From positions 3,256-67,255 of the forward strand of contig JAPDJV010000009.1 of the NCBI GenBank assembly GCA_029258925.1: DNA of 64,000 nucleotides, in the 5' to 3' direction. This DNA comes from Thermoproteota archaeon (GTDB lineage: Archaea; Thermoproteota; Thermoprotei_A; EX4484-217-1; JAPDJV01). Under the pieces are notes generated by a model. It was not told the DNA's origin. It did not search any database and was given only the letters and a program-made list of their open reading frames with translations. Shown piece by piece: positions 1 through 10,113 of this stretch (the first letter of the stretch is position 1; every line of letters begins with the position of its first letter). A program made the position numbers and the translations under genes.

Positions 1-1150
1 GAAGATCCTCTGTTCCATAGGTGCTCTCCATAATTAACGTCTCGACTCGGGGAAACCTATCGTTAGCTGGGTCTAGGAGTCTTGTTGGGGAATACTTGAA
101 GTCGCTTGTATACACTATATTGTGTAGTCCTTCTCCGATGTGGAGGTGTATTATTGCTGAGCCTAATATGTGTCCTGCATTGTATAATGTTAGTCTTATA
201 TCGGGTGCTATATCTGTGACTTCGCCATAATCTAGAGGGATTGTGTGAAGCACTGCCTTTTTAACTTCTCTTAAACCATATGGTAGAGATCTTCCCTCCC
301 TCTTCGAAAGCTCTAGGAAATCTAATTGCAATAGAACCATTAGGTCTCTCGTGGCTTTTGTCATATAAACCGGACCATTATATCCGTACTTGAATAGATA
401 TGGGACAAAGCCGCAGTGATCTAGATGCGCATGTGATACTACGACAGCGTCTAAATCCTCTACTCTGAAGTCACCTATATCTAGTCTAGGGTACGCTAGG
501 ATGTTTCTCTCTGCTCCAGGATTTATCCCTAAGTCTAGCAGTACTTTGCTCTCAGCGCTTTCAACAAGTATTGCTGACCTCCCTACTTCCATGAAGCCTC
601 CTAATGCAGTTACTCTTACGTGTCTATACTTGAAAATAGGAGATCTATGTATTCTCTGGCCTACTTGGCGGAGAATTTTTAGCCTATAATCGCTCTCACT
701 TACTATATGTTGTAATACTTGGGAAACAAGCTTAGACTCCAATGGGGGGACTCTTATAACAACAGGCCTCCATCCAGTTTCCCTCAGTATTTTCCTTAAT
801 AGTTGCCCCCCTTTTCCTATTACTAGGCCGGGTTTCTTAGCTTTTATTAGCATTTCGCCCAGAGTATTATCAAATATCATGTCCTTAATCTCGGCCTCGG
901 GGGGAGTTATCTCTAGAACTATTTTTTTAGCAAGCTCCTTCGGCTTCCGAATGGAAGGATCCGTTCTCACAACAACTCTTTTCTTTATAGTTTTAGCTAT
1001 CTGTCTTACTATTTGTGTTTTCTCGACTATTACTTCAGGCTTCTTCACGTAAATCGAGATTTCGGGGCCTTCGAATTCTATTCTAGTGACTTGCGCTTCT
1101 TTAGGTACCTCCTTTAAAATAGTCTCTCTTATAAGTTCTATTACATTCAT
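1..1150 (-). CDS. aCPSF1-type KH-domain + metallo-beta-lactamase/beta-CASP ribonuclease (partial; C-terminus lies beyond the window start)
   Basis: Manual translation of the minus strand from the ATG at 1150 gives [26 protein letters not shown]...[11 protein letters not shown] (KH) followed by [16 protein letters not shown] and [10 protein letters not shown] (MBL motifs). The ORF runs off the window edge. Confidence 0.8.
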   Translation of the reverse strand, partial: MNVIELIRETILKEVPKEAQVTRIEFEGPEISIYVKKPEVIVEKTQIVRQIAKTIKKRVVVRTDPSIRKPKELAKKIVLEITPPEAEIKDMIFDNTLGEMLIKAKKPGLVIGKGGQLLRKILRETGWRPVVIRVPPLESKLVSQVLQHIVSESDYRLKILRQVGQRIHRSPIFKYRHVRVTALGGFMEVGRSAILVESAESKVLLDLGINPGAERNILAYPRLDIGDFRVEDLDAVVVSHAHLDHCGFVPYLFKYGYNGPVYMTKATRDLMVLLQLDFLELSKREGRSLPYGLREVKKAVLHTIPLDYGEVTDIAPDIRLTLYNAGHILGSAIIHLHIGEGLHNIVYTSDFKYSPTRLLDPANDRFPRVETLIMESTYGTEDL

Positions 1151-1317
1151 TCTTCTCAATATCTATTACCTCCTTTAATGACCCCCTTACACGTTAGTAA
1201 CATGATTTTATTGTATTACTTTAGAACCGCTTATACCATATAATGGATCACTTACGTTAATTTCACCAACTCTAATTATATGGCTAAAGTTCCCGAATAG
1301 GTTTTAGTATTGGAACG

Positions 1318-1989
1318 CTATAGTGAGTGTAAAATTTTATCTATCTCATCTTTAGGTAACTCCTCGTATTTCTTAGAAGTTATTTTTACGACATCTATTC
1401 CCTCGCCGCTTGCAGCATCTCTCTTCAAAGCAGAGCTTACTGCTTTAACCGCTAAGCGGACTGCCTCCTCTAGGCTTAAATCCTCTCTATATTCTGCTTC
1501 AATCACTCCAGAGGCTATAGGGGATCCCGAGCCTGTGACAAAACTTTTTTCCTCTGTAATTGTTCCAAACCAATCCACGCTATATATTCTGGGAGCATCG
1601 TCATAGCCTGCTATTATTAATTGGACCAGTATGGGGAAAGCTCTTGAAGCAAAGATTATTGTAGATGCAATTGATGCTACACCTCTTACCTTCAGCGGCC
1701 TCTTAGCTGTTAGCTGATAGTATTTGATGTATCCTCTTAATGTATCAGCTATTGCTTGAGCATCCGCTACTACTCCCGATATAGTTATGGCCATTCTATC
1801 AGTAAGCTTTAAAATCTTCTTAGCATGTTTATGGGCTATAAAGTATCCTGTAGTTGCCCTCTTATCGGCTGCCAGCACTACGCCTTCACTCACTACTAAT
1901 CCGACAGTTGTTGTCCCTTTCTTTAATGCCTGTTCCAAATATTTTCCTTCCCTACTATATGGTGTCATGAAACACACTATTATCACCAT
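1318..1989 (-). CDS. psmB: proteasome beta subunit (paralog 1)
   Basis: 223-aa ORF with a propeptide followed by the GTTTVGL active-site Thr motif; Ntn-hydrolase proteasome family. Confidence 0.85.
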   Translation of the reverse strand: MVIIVCFMTPYSREGKYLEQALKKGTTTVGLVVSEGVVLAADKRATTGYFIAHKHAKKILKLTDRMAITISGVVADAQAIADTLRGYIKYYQLTAKRPLKVRGVASIASTIIFASRAFPILVQLIIAGYDDAPRIYSVDWFGTITEEKSFVTGSGSPIASGVIEAEYREDLSLEEAVRLAVKAVSSALKRDAASGEGIDVVKITSKKYEELPKDEIDKILHSL

Positions 1990-2189
1990 GGTAACTTATG
2001 TGCATCTAAGTACTTGGAGTGGCGTTTGAGTCTCCAAGAATCAAATTAATGCCACTTTCCTTACCATATAAGGTATTAGGAGGTAAGAAATATAAAAGGT
2101 TTTGTAATCTATCATGTAGATATACAGGAGTTGCTACAGATAAAAACCTGCGTGTATTTATGGCCAATATCTTAAGGTGTTGACCAGTA

Positions 2190-3254
2190 ATGTGTGCTAA
2201 GAGGATACATATAATTGATTTACCTAAGAAAATTGTTGTTGGAAGAAGTGTTAGATACAACATATCACAGTACATAAAGGAGATTTTACCAAATATTAGT
2301 TCCTGCCTCGTAATAACTGGCCCCCACGTATATAAAATTGCAACTAAGGAAATATTGGAGTTTCTTGAAGAAAGTGGTATTAATGTGAGTAATATGATAG
2401 TGGAAGACTCCTCTATTAAAACTGTCGAGAAAGTGCTTAATGAAGTCAGAGATTTGAATGTAGACTCCATAATCAGTGTGGGAGGAGGAAAGGTAATAGA
2501 CGTAGGCAAGTTTGTGGCATTTAAGAAAAATATTCCTTTCATAAGTATGCCTACTGCTGCATCCCATGACGGGATAGCATCTCCATTTGCATCTATAAAG
2601 GGGTTGGAAAGGCCCACTTCTGTTAGAACAAGAGAACCTGTGATGATAATTGCAGACACGGAGATCATAACTAAAGCGCCACGAAGACTCCTAATATCCG
2701 GTTCAGGAGACGCTATTGCCAAGTTGACTGCAGTGCTCGACTGGCGTCTTGCATACAAGTTGAAAAACGAGTACTACGGGGAATATGCAGCATCATTGGC
2801 GCTGTTATCCGCTAAACATATCATAAACTTTTCGGACGTCATCAGACGTTACGATGAGGAGGCTGTTAGAGTTGTAATAGAGGCGTTGATAAGTAGTAGT
2901 ATAGCCATGTGCATAGCTGGGTCAACTAGACCTTGTAGTGGATCAGAACACTTGTTCAGCCACGCTCTTGACGTTGTAGCTCCTAAACCAGCGTTACACG
3001 GAGAGCAGTGTGGCGTTGGAACCATAATGATGTCTTACCTTCATGGGAGGAACTGGCGTAAAGTAAAGAACACTTTGAGGAAGATAGGAGCTCCAACTAC
3101 TGCTAAGGAGCTTGGGATCTCCGATTATCATGTAATTAAAGCCCTTACTATAGCCCACAAAATTAGGCCCGAAAGATATACTATTCTAGGGGAGTCCGGA
3201 TTAACATGGGAGGCTGCTGAGAATCTAGCGAGGATCACGGGAGTAATAGATTAA
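2190..3254 (+). CDS. egsA: glycerol-1-phosphate dehydrogenase [NAD(P)+]
   Basis: 354 aa; GGGKVIDVGK ... ASHDGIASP ... SGSGDAIAKLT motifs of the archaeal G1PDH / iron-ADH fold. Confidence 0.9.
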   Translation: MCAKRIHIIDLPKKIVVGRSVRYNISQYIKEILPNISSCLVITGPHVYKIATKEILEFLEESGINVSNMIVEDSSIKTVEKVLNEVRDLNVDSIISVGGGKVIDVGKFVAFKKNIPFISMPTAASHDGIASPFASIKGLERPTSVRTREPVMIIADTEIITKAPRRLLISGSGDAIAKLTAVLDWRLAYKLKNEYYGEYAASLALLSAKHIINFSDVIRRYDEEAVRVVIEALISSSIAMCIAGSTRPCSGSEHLFSHALDVVAPKPALHGEQCGVGTIMMSYLHGRNWRKVKNTLRKIGAPTTAKELGISDYHVIKALTIAHKIRPERYTILGESGLTWEAAENLARITGVID

Positions 3255-3306
3255 AAGCATCAGATAATAGAACACGACCAAAAGTATGCGTGGAAGGGAG
3301 TGAGCC

Positions 3307-3744
3307 TTGAAATTCATTGTAGCATTGGTGGGAGCTAAGCTTGCAAGACCTGGGATGAAATTTCTACATGGAACCCCTAATAAAATATGTAAGTCATGCA
3401 AATATTATAGAGTATGCATGGGCAACTTGGAGCCTGGAAGAGTCTATGAGGTTGTTAGAGTTAGACCAATAAAACATGAGTGTCCCCTCCACGAGGGAGG
3501 TGTCATTGTTGTAGAGGTTAAAGAAGCTGAAGTTTATGCTCTCATATATAGAAGACTTGCTATTGAGGGGGCAATAATCACATATCATCCTATATTCTGT
3601 GAGAATCCATGTAGCTTATCGAATCTATGTGTGCCCCTTGGTTTGAAAGATGGTGATAAGTGTAAAATTATTAAGGTTTTAGAGAAAGTCGACTGTCCTC
3701 TAGGAAAACCTCTTTCAAAATGTTTACTTCTTAGGGTTCAATAA
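3307..3744 (+). CDS. UPF0179-family conserved archaeal protein
   Basis: 145 aa, Cys-rich; the YYRVCMGNLEPGRVYEV motif resembles UPF0179 members. Confidence 0.5.
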   Translation: MKFIVALVGAKLARPGMKFLHGTPNKICKSCKYYRVCMGNLEPGRVYEVVRVRPIKHECPLHEGGVIVVEVKEAEVYALIYRRLAIEGAIITYHPIFCENPCSLSNLCVPLGLKDGDKCKIIKVLEKVDCPLGKPLSKCLLLRVQ

Positions 3745-3752
3745 ACTTATTG

Positions 3753-4442
3753 TTATCCTCCGAACGCGTAGGTCTCGACGAATTCCACCACCTTCACTCC
3801 TTCAACGTATTTAACGATTTCTCTTGCTATGGCTTTCTTAGCATATTGAATATCTTCAACTAAGTAAACCTCTTCTGGAAGTCTTATGACAACTTTATTC
3901 TCACTTAAGTCCACGCCAACTTTTTCTAAGTCAATCCCTTTTACTCTTCTCTCTATGAGTGCTAGAATCTTTTCTTTTGGATTCTCAATCTTCTTCAGCA
4001 CTTTTACTTTATATACTATTGTTTTCCCTGCGAGCGGGTGGTTAAAGTCAACAACAACTCTCCCGCCCGTAATGCTCCTTATGACGGCCGGGAACCCCCC
4101 TATCTCAACTACATCTCCAACTCTAGGTGTAATTTTCCTCTTCAAAAATTCCCTTAGAGACACCATTTTTACTTTTGACCTATCCCTTTCGCCATAAGCC
4201 TTCTTTGGTTCTACCTCTACTTCTCTTTCTTCTCCCACTTCGAAACTTAATAAAGCCTCCTCTAAACCCTTTACTACTCTATGCTCACCTACTATAACTA
4301 GCAGAGGCCTGTAGACTTTATCTTCTCTTAGTATCTTGTTTTCCCTGGCGACGTCTTTAAGCGTTGTATCTATTATCTCGCCTGTTTCCTTTATTTTCGC
4401 TATGTAATCTATTAACACGAAGTCGCCTTCCTTGAAGGACAT
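3753..4442 (-). CDS. FKBP-type peptidyl-prolyl cis-trans isomerase (long archaeal type with IF insert)
   Basis: 229 aa; DFVLIDY...GDVVEIGGFPAVIRSI...VVDFNHPLAGKT pattern of archaeal FKBP/SlyD. Confidence 0.8.
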   Translation of the reverse strand: MSFKEGDFVLIDYIAKIKETGEIIDTTLKDVARENKILREDKVYRPLLVIVGEHRVVKGLEEALLSFEVGEEREVEVEPKKAYGERDRSKVKMVSLREFLKRKITPRVGDVVEIGGFPAVIRSITGGRVVVDFNHPLAGKTIVYKVKVLKKIENPKEKILALIERRVKGIDLEKVGVDLSENKVVIRLPEEVYLVEDIQYAKKAIAREIVKYVEGVKVVEFVETYAFGG

Positions 4443-4537
4443 AGGATCACCACTATCGCGAAGTTGATTAGAGTTTAGTCCTTTCTTAGCTTAATTTATC
4501 TGTAATAAATAGTTTTTCCATTCTAGGATGAAGCGGC

Positions 4538-5092
4538 CTATCCGCCTTTGCGAAGATACCATCCCTTATCGATTAATACTTCTATAATTTTCTTTCCGTA
4601 ATTCAATTCTCTAATTCTACCTAGAGCGATGGGTTCATGTGCTGATGTAATGACTACAACATATTTTTTGTGAATTGGTGGAAAAATTCTGATAACATTT
4701 TCCCAGAAAATATTCCTCCCATAAAGAGCTAGTTGCGTTGCTTTTTCATTGACCATTATTGCATTCCTTCTGCTAATGTTGTAAAGCACCTCCGAGGACT
4801 CCAGACTAGGTATGTAACGTATTCTATTTTTCTTAACATACATACGTCCTAAGAATAATCCTATTGAATACGGTTCCAGTCCAACATTCTTTATTTCCAT
4901 GAACATTTCATATAGTTGCGTTGAGACTAAGAATACTTCATACCGCTTGTTCCTAGCAACCACTATAATGTTATTCTTTAAGAAGTCCTCAACACATTCG
5001 GTGCCAAACATTTCACTCAAAACTTTTTTAATAACTCCAACTTCTCTATCCCGTGCGTTCTCAAACACTAGCTTTCTTTTATCAGCTTGCAT
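4538..5092 (-). CDS. PUA-domain RNA-binding protein (Nip7-like), co-transcribed with the NSUN methyltransferase
   Basis: 184 aa; the C-terminal half has a PUA-like pattern. It overlaps the upstream Sun-family methyltransferase gene by 25 nt. Confidence 0.4.
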   Translation of the reverse strand: MQADKRKLVFENARDREVGVIKKVLSEMFGTECVEDFLKNNIIVVARNKRYEVFLVSTQLYEMFMEIKNVGLEPYSIGLFLGRMYVKKNRIRYIPSLESSEVLYNISRRNAIMVNEKATQLALYGRNIFWENVIRIFPPIHKKYVVVITSAHEPIALGRIRELNYGKKIIEVLIDKGWYLRKGG

Positions 5093-6054
5093 ACGAAAAA
5101 CCCCAATGTTCCATGTTTATGTGGGTAGAGTCTCAGACATTTAGATAGATCTTTTGATAGCTTTACCCCAAAAATCTCCGTAAACCCTGGGTCTCCCGCA
5201 ATGGGTGAATGTATTTCCTCTATCTTTACACCATAATTTAAGACCTGGTTTACCACAAACTCGTTTTCCTCAGGTGCAATACTACACGTCGAGTAGACTA
5301 TGGTTCCTCCATTTAGAACCAGTTTAATAGCAGTTCTTAGAAGTTCTACTTGAAGTTTCTGCATCTTAAATATGTCATCTAGGCTTCTACAAGTTCTTCT
5401 GCTATGGTTTATAGCGAGTAAACCCTCTCCAGAGCATGGTGCATCCAAAAGCACTTTATCAAATCTCTCCCTAAATTTAGTTGCCAATTTTAAGACGTCC
5501 ATCCTAACCATTAAGACGTTTCTTACTCCAAGCCTATTAATATTGGATCTTAACGCTCTTATTCTGTCTCTCGATTTTTCAACTGCAACAATAACGCCTT
5601 TGTTCTCCATGAGATCTGCTAGATGACAAGTTTTTCCGCCCGGAGCAGCACACATATCTAATACCGTGTCCCTTGGAGACGGGTTGAGGACTATTGGGGG
5701 GATCATAGATGCTGCACTCTGAACGTAGTAGTATCCCATTAAATATTCTAGTGTGGCTCCAAGAGGATACTGGCCGCCTTCAACCCAGTAGCCTGTTCGA
5801 GTCCAAGGAATATTCTTTAAAACAAAGTTTTTTCTACTAAGTCTTCTCTCAAGCTCCTCTGGGCTGATTTTTAAAGTATTGCATCTAATGGCCTTCTCAG
5901 GTGGTTTCTGTATGGATTTAAGTAGCATGATTGCGCCTTCGACGCCGAGCATCTTAATGTAGCGCTCCGCCATATAGGGAAGTACTTTAAAATCTCTAGA
6001 AAGGCGGATTGCTGTAGGAGAGGGCTTAGCATAGTTCCTGCTTATATACAACAA
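5068..6054 (-). CDS. NOL1/NOP2/Sun-family RNA cytosine-C5 methyltransferase
   Basis: 328 aa; SAM-binding DMCAAPGGKT, catalytic DAPCSG and TCS motifs. Confidence 0.85.
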   Translation of the reverse strand: MLYISRNYAKPSPTAIRLSRDFKVLPYMAERYIKMLGVEGAIMLLKSIQKPPEKAIRCNTLKISPEELERRLSRKNFVLKNIPWTRTGYWVEGGQYPLGATLEYLMGYYYVQSAASMIPPIVLNPSPRDTVLDMCAAPGGKTCHLADLMENKGVIVAVEKSRDRIRALRSNINRLGVRNVLMVRMDVLKLATKFRERFDKVLLDAPCSGEGLLAINHSRRTCRSLDDIFKMQKLQVELLRTAIKLVLNGGTIVYSTCSIAPEENEFVVNQVLNYGVKIEEIHSPIAGDPGFTEIFGVKLSKDLSKCLRLYPHKHGTLGFFVCKLIKES

Positions 6055-6261
6055 TATTTTCCACCATCTTAATTAGAAGAGTTAAGTTAGATATATTCAT
6101 TTAAGGGATCTAGGCCTCGAAGCTGTAGTAGAACATCTAGTCAGTTTTCCAACATTACATTCATAGATAACATTGTGTAAGAATTATGCTATAAAAATAA
6201 ACAGCTAAGCTTAACACTTTAAATGAAGCTTAATTGGTATAGCTAGTTTAAACTGCGTGGT

Positions 6262-6852
6262 TTGGTGGAGATAGAAGTGTTCGAGATAGAGCTTAAGGCT
6301 AGTATTAGAAGAGAGAAATTAGATGATTTAAGAAAAAGAATTACAGAACTCGGAGGAACTCGTATTGGTGTATTTAGGCAAGTAGATGTTTACTTAAATC
6401 ATCCCTGCAGGGATTTTGCAAAAACCGATGAAGCCCTTAGAATACGTGATCACAATGGTAAAGTAGAACTTACATATAAGGGTGCCCGGGTTCATGAAGA
6501 TTGTAAGTGTAGAGTTGAAAAAACTATTGAAGTAAAAACATCTATCAATGACATGCTAGAATTTCTGTCGTATCTGGGCTTCAGTAAGGTGTTTGAGATT
6601 GTCAAGAACAGAGAAATCTATAGTGTAAATAGGAAAGGCTATATGATCAATATATGCCTTGACGACGTGTTAGACTTAGGATTCTTCGTTGAAGTGGAGC
6701 TTTTTTCTGCTGAAAACGCTATTAATGAGAGTATAAATGTGCTTAAAAGCGTGTTAAGGGATTTGGGACTAACAGGACCTTATATAACAAAATCGTATCT
6801 TGAAATCCTGTTAGATAAGAGGGGTGAAAATGAGAGTTTTAATATTGTCTGA
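6262..6852 (+). CDS. CYTH-domain protein (CyaB-like triphosphate tunnel metalloenzyme)
   Basis: 196 aa; N-terminal EIEVFEIELK (ExExK) and the repeated beta-strand charge pattern of the CYTH fold. TTG/GTG start. Confidence 0.65.
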   Translation: MVEIEVFEIELKASIRREKLDDLRKRITELGGTRIGVFRQVDVYLNHPCRDFAKTDEALRIRDHNGKVELTYKGARVHEDCKCRVEKTIEVKTSINDMLEFLSYLGFSKVFEIVKNREIYSVNRKGYMINICLDDVLDLGFFVEVELFSAENAINESINVLKSVLRDLGLTGPYITKSYLEILLDKRGENESFNIV

Positions 6853-7507
6853 TATACATGGAGCAGTTAAAAAAGTTAGGAAGCTGAGAAGCCTTTTAAG
6901 TGACGTAAGGTATGATGTAATTGTAGTAGCTGGGGATCTAACCGATTTTGGACCAATAAACCTTGCTAAAGACATAATTGATATATTGTCTGCTATCTCA
7001 AATAGAATTTACTATGTTGCAGGGAACTGTGATCCCCCTGAAATGCTCAATGGAATACCTGGTTGGGAGGAAGGGAATCTCCATTTGAACGCTGTGATTG
7101 TAGAGGACTATCTACTGTTTGGTATTGGAGGAAGCACTATAACTCCCTTCAATACATTTATAGAATTTTCTGAGGAAGAAATGTTGGAGATGTTAAATAG
7201 TTTATCAAAAACTTTAGAGGATAAAAGTGGTTTGGAAACGCTTAAAATCATGGTTTCCCACACGCCTCCATGGAATACCCCACTAGATACAACATTTTCT
7301 AAAATACATGTCGGGAGCATTACTATAAGAGAATTCATTCAGCGCATTAAACCAATACTGGTAATAGTAGGCCATATTCACGAGGGAAGAGGGGTAATCG
7401 AGCTTGGAGGAAGCGTTGTAGTGAACCCTGGCCCTCTTAGATCGGGATATTACGCTGAAGCAAATATAATAGGCGACCGCGTGAATATTGAGTTAAAGAA
7501 ATTATAA
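6830..7507 (+). CDS. calcineurin-like metallophosphoesterase
   Basis: RVLILSDIHG ... VVAGDLTD ... GNCD ... VSHTPP ... GHIHEG metallophosphatase motifs. A GGGGTGA Shine-Dalgarno sits before the ATG at 6830, and the gene overlaps the CYTH gene. Confidence 0.75.
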   Translation: MRVLILSDIHGAVKKVRKLRSLLSDVRYDVIVVAGDLTDFGPINLAKDIIDILSAISNRIYYVAGNCDPPEMLNGIPGWEEGNLHLNAVIVEDYLLFGIGGSTITPFNTFIEFSEEEMLEMLNSLSKTLEDKSGLETLKIMVSHTPPWNTPLDTTFSKIHVGSITIREFIQRIKPILVIVGHIHEGRGVIELGGSVVVNPGPLRSGYYAEANIIGDRVNIELKKL

Positions 7508-7512
7508 TATTT

Positions 7513-8691
7513 TTAAAGTCCTCCGTCTAGTAATGTTTTGTCTGCTACTTGAAGCGCGTTAAATGCTCTAGTCGAAGTTATAACCTCGTGGCTCAGCAGG
7601 ATGCTTGATATTCCTGTAAGCGTTAATATTACTTCCTTCCTCCCAATCCAGCCCATGTTACCTAGTCTAATCATTCTGTGTTTGAATTCCCCAATTCCCC
7701 TTGCAACACATATATTCCACTTTGTATAGAGTTCGTTGGAAATAGTGTTACTGTCAATGCTGTCTCCGGTCCAAAAGGCTATTACAGTGTTTGATCTGAA
7801 TTCTTCTCTCTTAGGTACAATGCTTAAGCCGAGCTCCTTAAGAGCATTGTAAAATGCCTGGGCACATACCCTATGTCTATGGATTCTTTTATCTAACCCC
7901 TCTTCTAATATCATGCTAGTTGCCTCGTCTAGTGCATAGAATAGTGGTATTGCAGGCGTGAATGGTGTTTCCTTTCTTTCATAGAACTTATTTAATTTGG
8001 AGAAGCTGAAGTAGTAGCACACGGTATTCTTAGCTTTATTCTCGGCAATCTTCAACGCTTCGTCGCTTACGGAAATCATTGAAAGCCCGGGCGGGCAGGC
8101 TAGACATTTTTGGCTTCCTGTTACAACTATGTCAAGCTTCCATTCGTCGACTGGTAAAATATCTCCTCCTAATATTGAGACGGCATCAACTATTGTCAAC
8201 AACCCCCTCTTCTTTGCTTCCCTTGAAATTAAAGGAAGAAGCCTATTAGTTACACCCGTAGACGTCTCGTTATACACTATAAATATTGCCTCTGCATCTC
8301 CACTCTCATCAAGTGCCTCTTTCACTTTTTCAAGAGGCGGAACATCGCCGACCTCTGATGATAAAACTATAGGTATTCCACCATAAACTTCAATTTTCTC
8401 TCTAATTCTCTTACCGAACTCTCCGTACACTAACACTATGTACTTTCTACCCTTTTCCACAATATTAGCAATAGACGCTTCCACTCCCCCAGTACCAGAG
8501 GAAGTTAATATGAATATCTTGTTCTCTGTTTTGAATATTTTCTTTAATTTTGCTTCAACTCTCTCATAAATTTCCTTGAAATCTCCTGATCTATGGCTTA
8601 TCATGTGTCTAGTCATTGCTGAGAGCACTCTATCTGGGACTTCAACAGGTCCGGGTGTCATGAGTAGTCTTCTCTTGATCATGGAGGACAC
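7513..8691 (-). CDS. class V aminotransferase (AGXT/SGAT-type, PLP-dependent)
   Basis: 392 aa; LMTPGPVEVP N-terminus, TGSQKCL Lys region; fold type I. Confidence 0.8.
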   Translation of the reverse strand: MSSMIKRRLLMTPGPVEVPDRVLSAMTRHMISHRSGDFKEIYERVEAKLKKIFKTENKIFILTSSGTGGVEASIANIVEKGRKYIVLVYGEFGKRIREKIEVYGGIPIVLSSEVGDVPPLEKVKEALDESGDAEAIFIVYNETSTGVTNRLLPLISREAKKRGLLTIVDAVSILGGDILPVDEWKLDIVVTGSQKCLACPPGLSMISVSDEALKIAENKAKNTVCYYFSFSKLNKFYERKETPFTPAIPLFYALDEATSMILEEGLDKRIHRHRVCAQAFYNALKELGLSIVPKREEFRSNTVIAFWTGDSIDSNTISNELYTKWNICVARGIGEFKHRMIRLGNMGWIGRKEVILTLTGISSILLSHEVITSTRAFNALQVADKTLLDGGL

Positions 8692-8751
8692 CGACTAATT
8701 ACTTTAAATAATTAGGTGAGTTAGATAATTGTTGAGTGATATTTATACTAA

Positions 8752-9570
8752 GTGGTGTTAACTATGATAATAGCTTTGCTTACGGATTTCGGTAACGTGG
8801 ACACCTATGTTGCCTCTATGAAATCTGTGATCACCTCTATTAATCCCAGCGCTAGAATAATTGATGTAACTCACGAAATACATAGTTACAGTATTAGGGA
8901 GGCTGCATTCAAACTATTTTTAGCTAAGAAAGATTTTCCTAAGAAAACAATTTTTGTTGTTGTGGTGGATCCAGGTGTTGGCACGAAGAGGAGGCCGTTA
9001 CTAATAAAAACTAAGACCCATTATTACGTTGGACCCGATAATGGCGTGCTCTATGAGGCTGCTAGTAGTGATGGGATTACATCTATTTACGAGATAATTA
9101 ATAGGGACTTCTACTTAAAGCCCACATCCAATACATTCCATGGAAGAGACATTTTTGCTATTACGGCAGCCTGGATAAGCATAGGTACGCCTCCCTCTCT
9201 CCTGGGGAAACCTGTAAGAGAAGACGGTATAGTGAGACTCAAAGTACTGGACTACGATTATTCTGAAAAGGAGATTCGCGGCAGAATTATCTGCCATGAT
9301 AGGTTCGGAAACATCCTAACTAATATCCCATTTAAGGAAGTAGAATGGTTAAAATATGGTAAGGAGTTTATCGTGGAATCGAGTGGGGAAAAATATTTGT
9401 GTAGATTTGTCAGAACATTTCAAGAACTGGAGAGGGGAGAACTGGGTATTATAGTTGATAGTTACGGGTTTTTGGAAATAGTATCGAACATGGAATCTGC
9501 CGTGGAAATATCAAAGTTTAGAGAGGGAGATCCCCTGAGAATAAGGCCTCTTAACAAGCTCGCGGGGTGA
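8752..9570 (+). CDS. SAM hydroxide adenosyltransferase (DUF62, fluorinase/chlorinase-like)
   Basis: 272 aa; LTDFGNVDTYVASMKSV ... VVVDPGVGT ... HGRDIFA signature of the DUF62 family. Confidence 0.75.
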   Translation: MVLTMIIALLTDFGNVDTYVASMKSVITSINPSARIIDVTHEIHSYSIREAAFKLFLAKKDFPKKTIFVVVVDPGVGTKRRPLLIKTKTHYYVGPDNGVLYEAASSDGITSIYEIINRDFYLKPTSNTFHGRDIFAITAAWISIGTPPSLLGKPVREDGIVRLKVLDYDYSEKEIRGRIICHDRFGNILTNIPFKEVEWLKYGKEFIVESSGEKYLCRFVRTFQELERGELGIIVDSYGFLEIVSNMESAVEISKFREGDPLRIRPLNKLAG

Positions 9571-9576
9571 GCATCT

Positions 9577-10113
9577 ATTAGGGGTATATATATTGGGAGA
9601 TTTCAGCCTCCCCATAAAGGTCACATGATGGTGATCAAGAGACTTGTCGAAGAAGTTGACGAACTAATCATAGGCATTGGGAGCGCTCAATTAAGTCACA
9701 CCATTGACAATCCATTTACAGGGGGAGAGAGGGTGTTAATGATGAAGGAAGCATTAATAGAGTATGAAGTGGACTTGTCTAGAGTCTACATAATTCCCGT
9801 ACCCGACATAGAAATGAACCATGTGTGGCCTCGATACGTTTCACTGCTTACCCCTCCTTTCGATGTAGTGTTCTCCGGCAACCCTCTTGTGAAAAGACTT
9901 TTCATGGAGTCAGGGTTTACTGTTAGGACTCCACCATTCTTTAATAGAGAAGTATATAGTGGTAAGAAGATTAGGAGGCTGATGCTGGAGAGTGGGGATT
10001 GGGAACAATATGTTCCCAGCAGTGTCGTTAGGGTGATTAAGGATATTAGAGGGGTTGAGAGGTTAATCGAGATATGTAAATCAGACGAGGTCTTCGAGGG
10101 GGATGGTAAGTGA
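9577..10113 (+). CDS. nadM: nicotinamide-nucleotide adenylyltransferase (archaeal NadM type); no canonical start, putative AUU/AUA initiation or readthrough from the upstream gene
   Basis: (I)RGIYIGRFQPPHKGH...IGIGSAQLSHT...SGNPLV matches archaeal NMNAT such as MJ0541. The essential HxGH motif lies upstream of the first ATG (9625), and there is no ATG/GTG/TTG in frame after the TGA at 9568-9570. Confidence 0.7.
   Translation: MRGIYIGRFQPPHKGHMMVIKRLVEEVDELIIGIGSAQLSHTIDNPFTGGERVLMMKEALIEYEVDLSRVYIIPVPDIEMNHVWPRYVSLLTPPFDVVFSGNPLVKRLFMESGFTVRTPPFFNREVYSGKKIRRLMLESGDWEQYVPSSVVRVIKDIRGVERLIEICKSDEVFEGDGK

Noticed and set aside
2006-2758. 250-aa minus-strand ORF overlapping the 5' half of egsA
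   Set aside because: It lies entirely antisense to the strongly supported G1P dehydrogenase gene, its predicted sequence is low-complexity, and it has no motifs. It is likely a shadow ORF.
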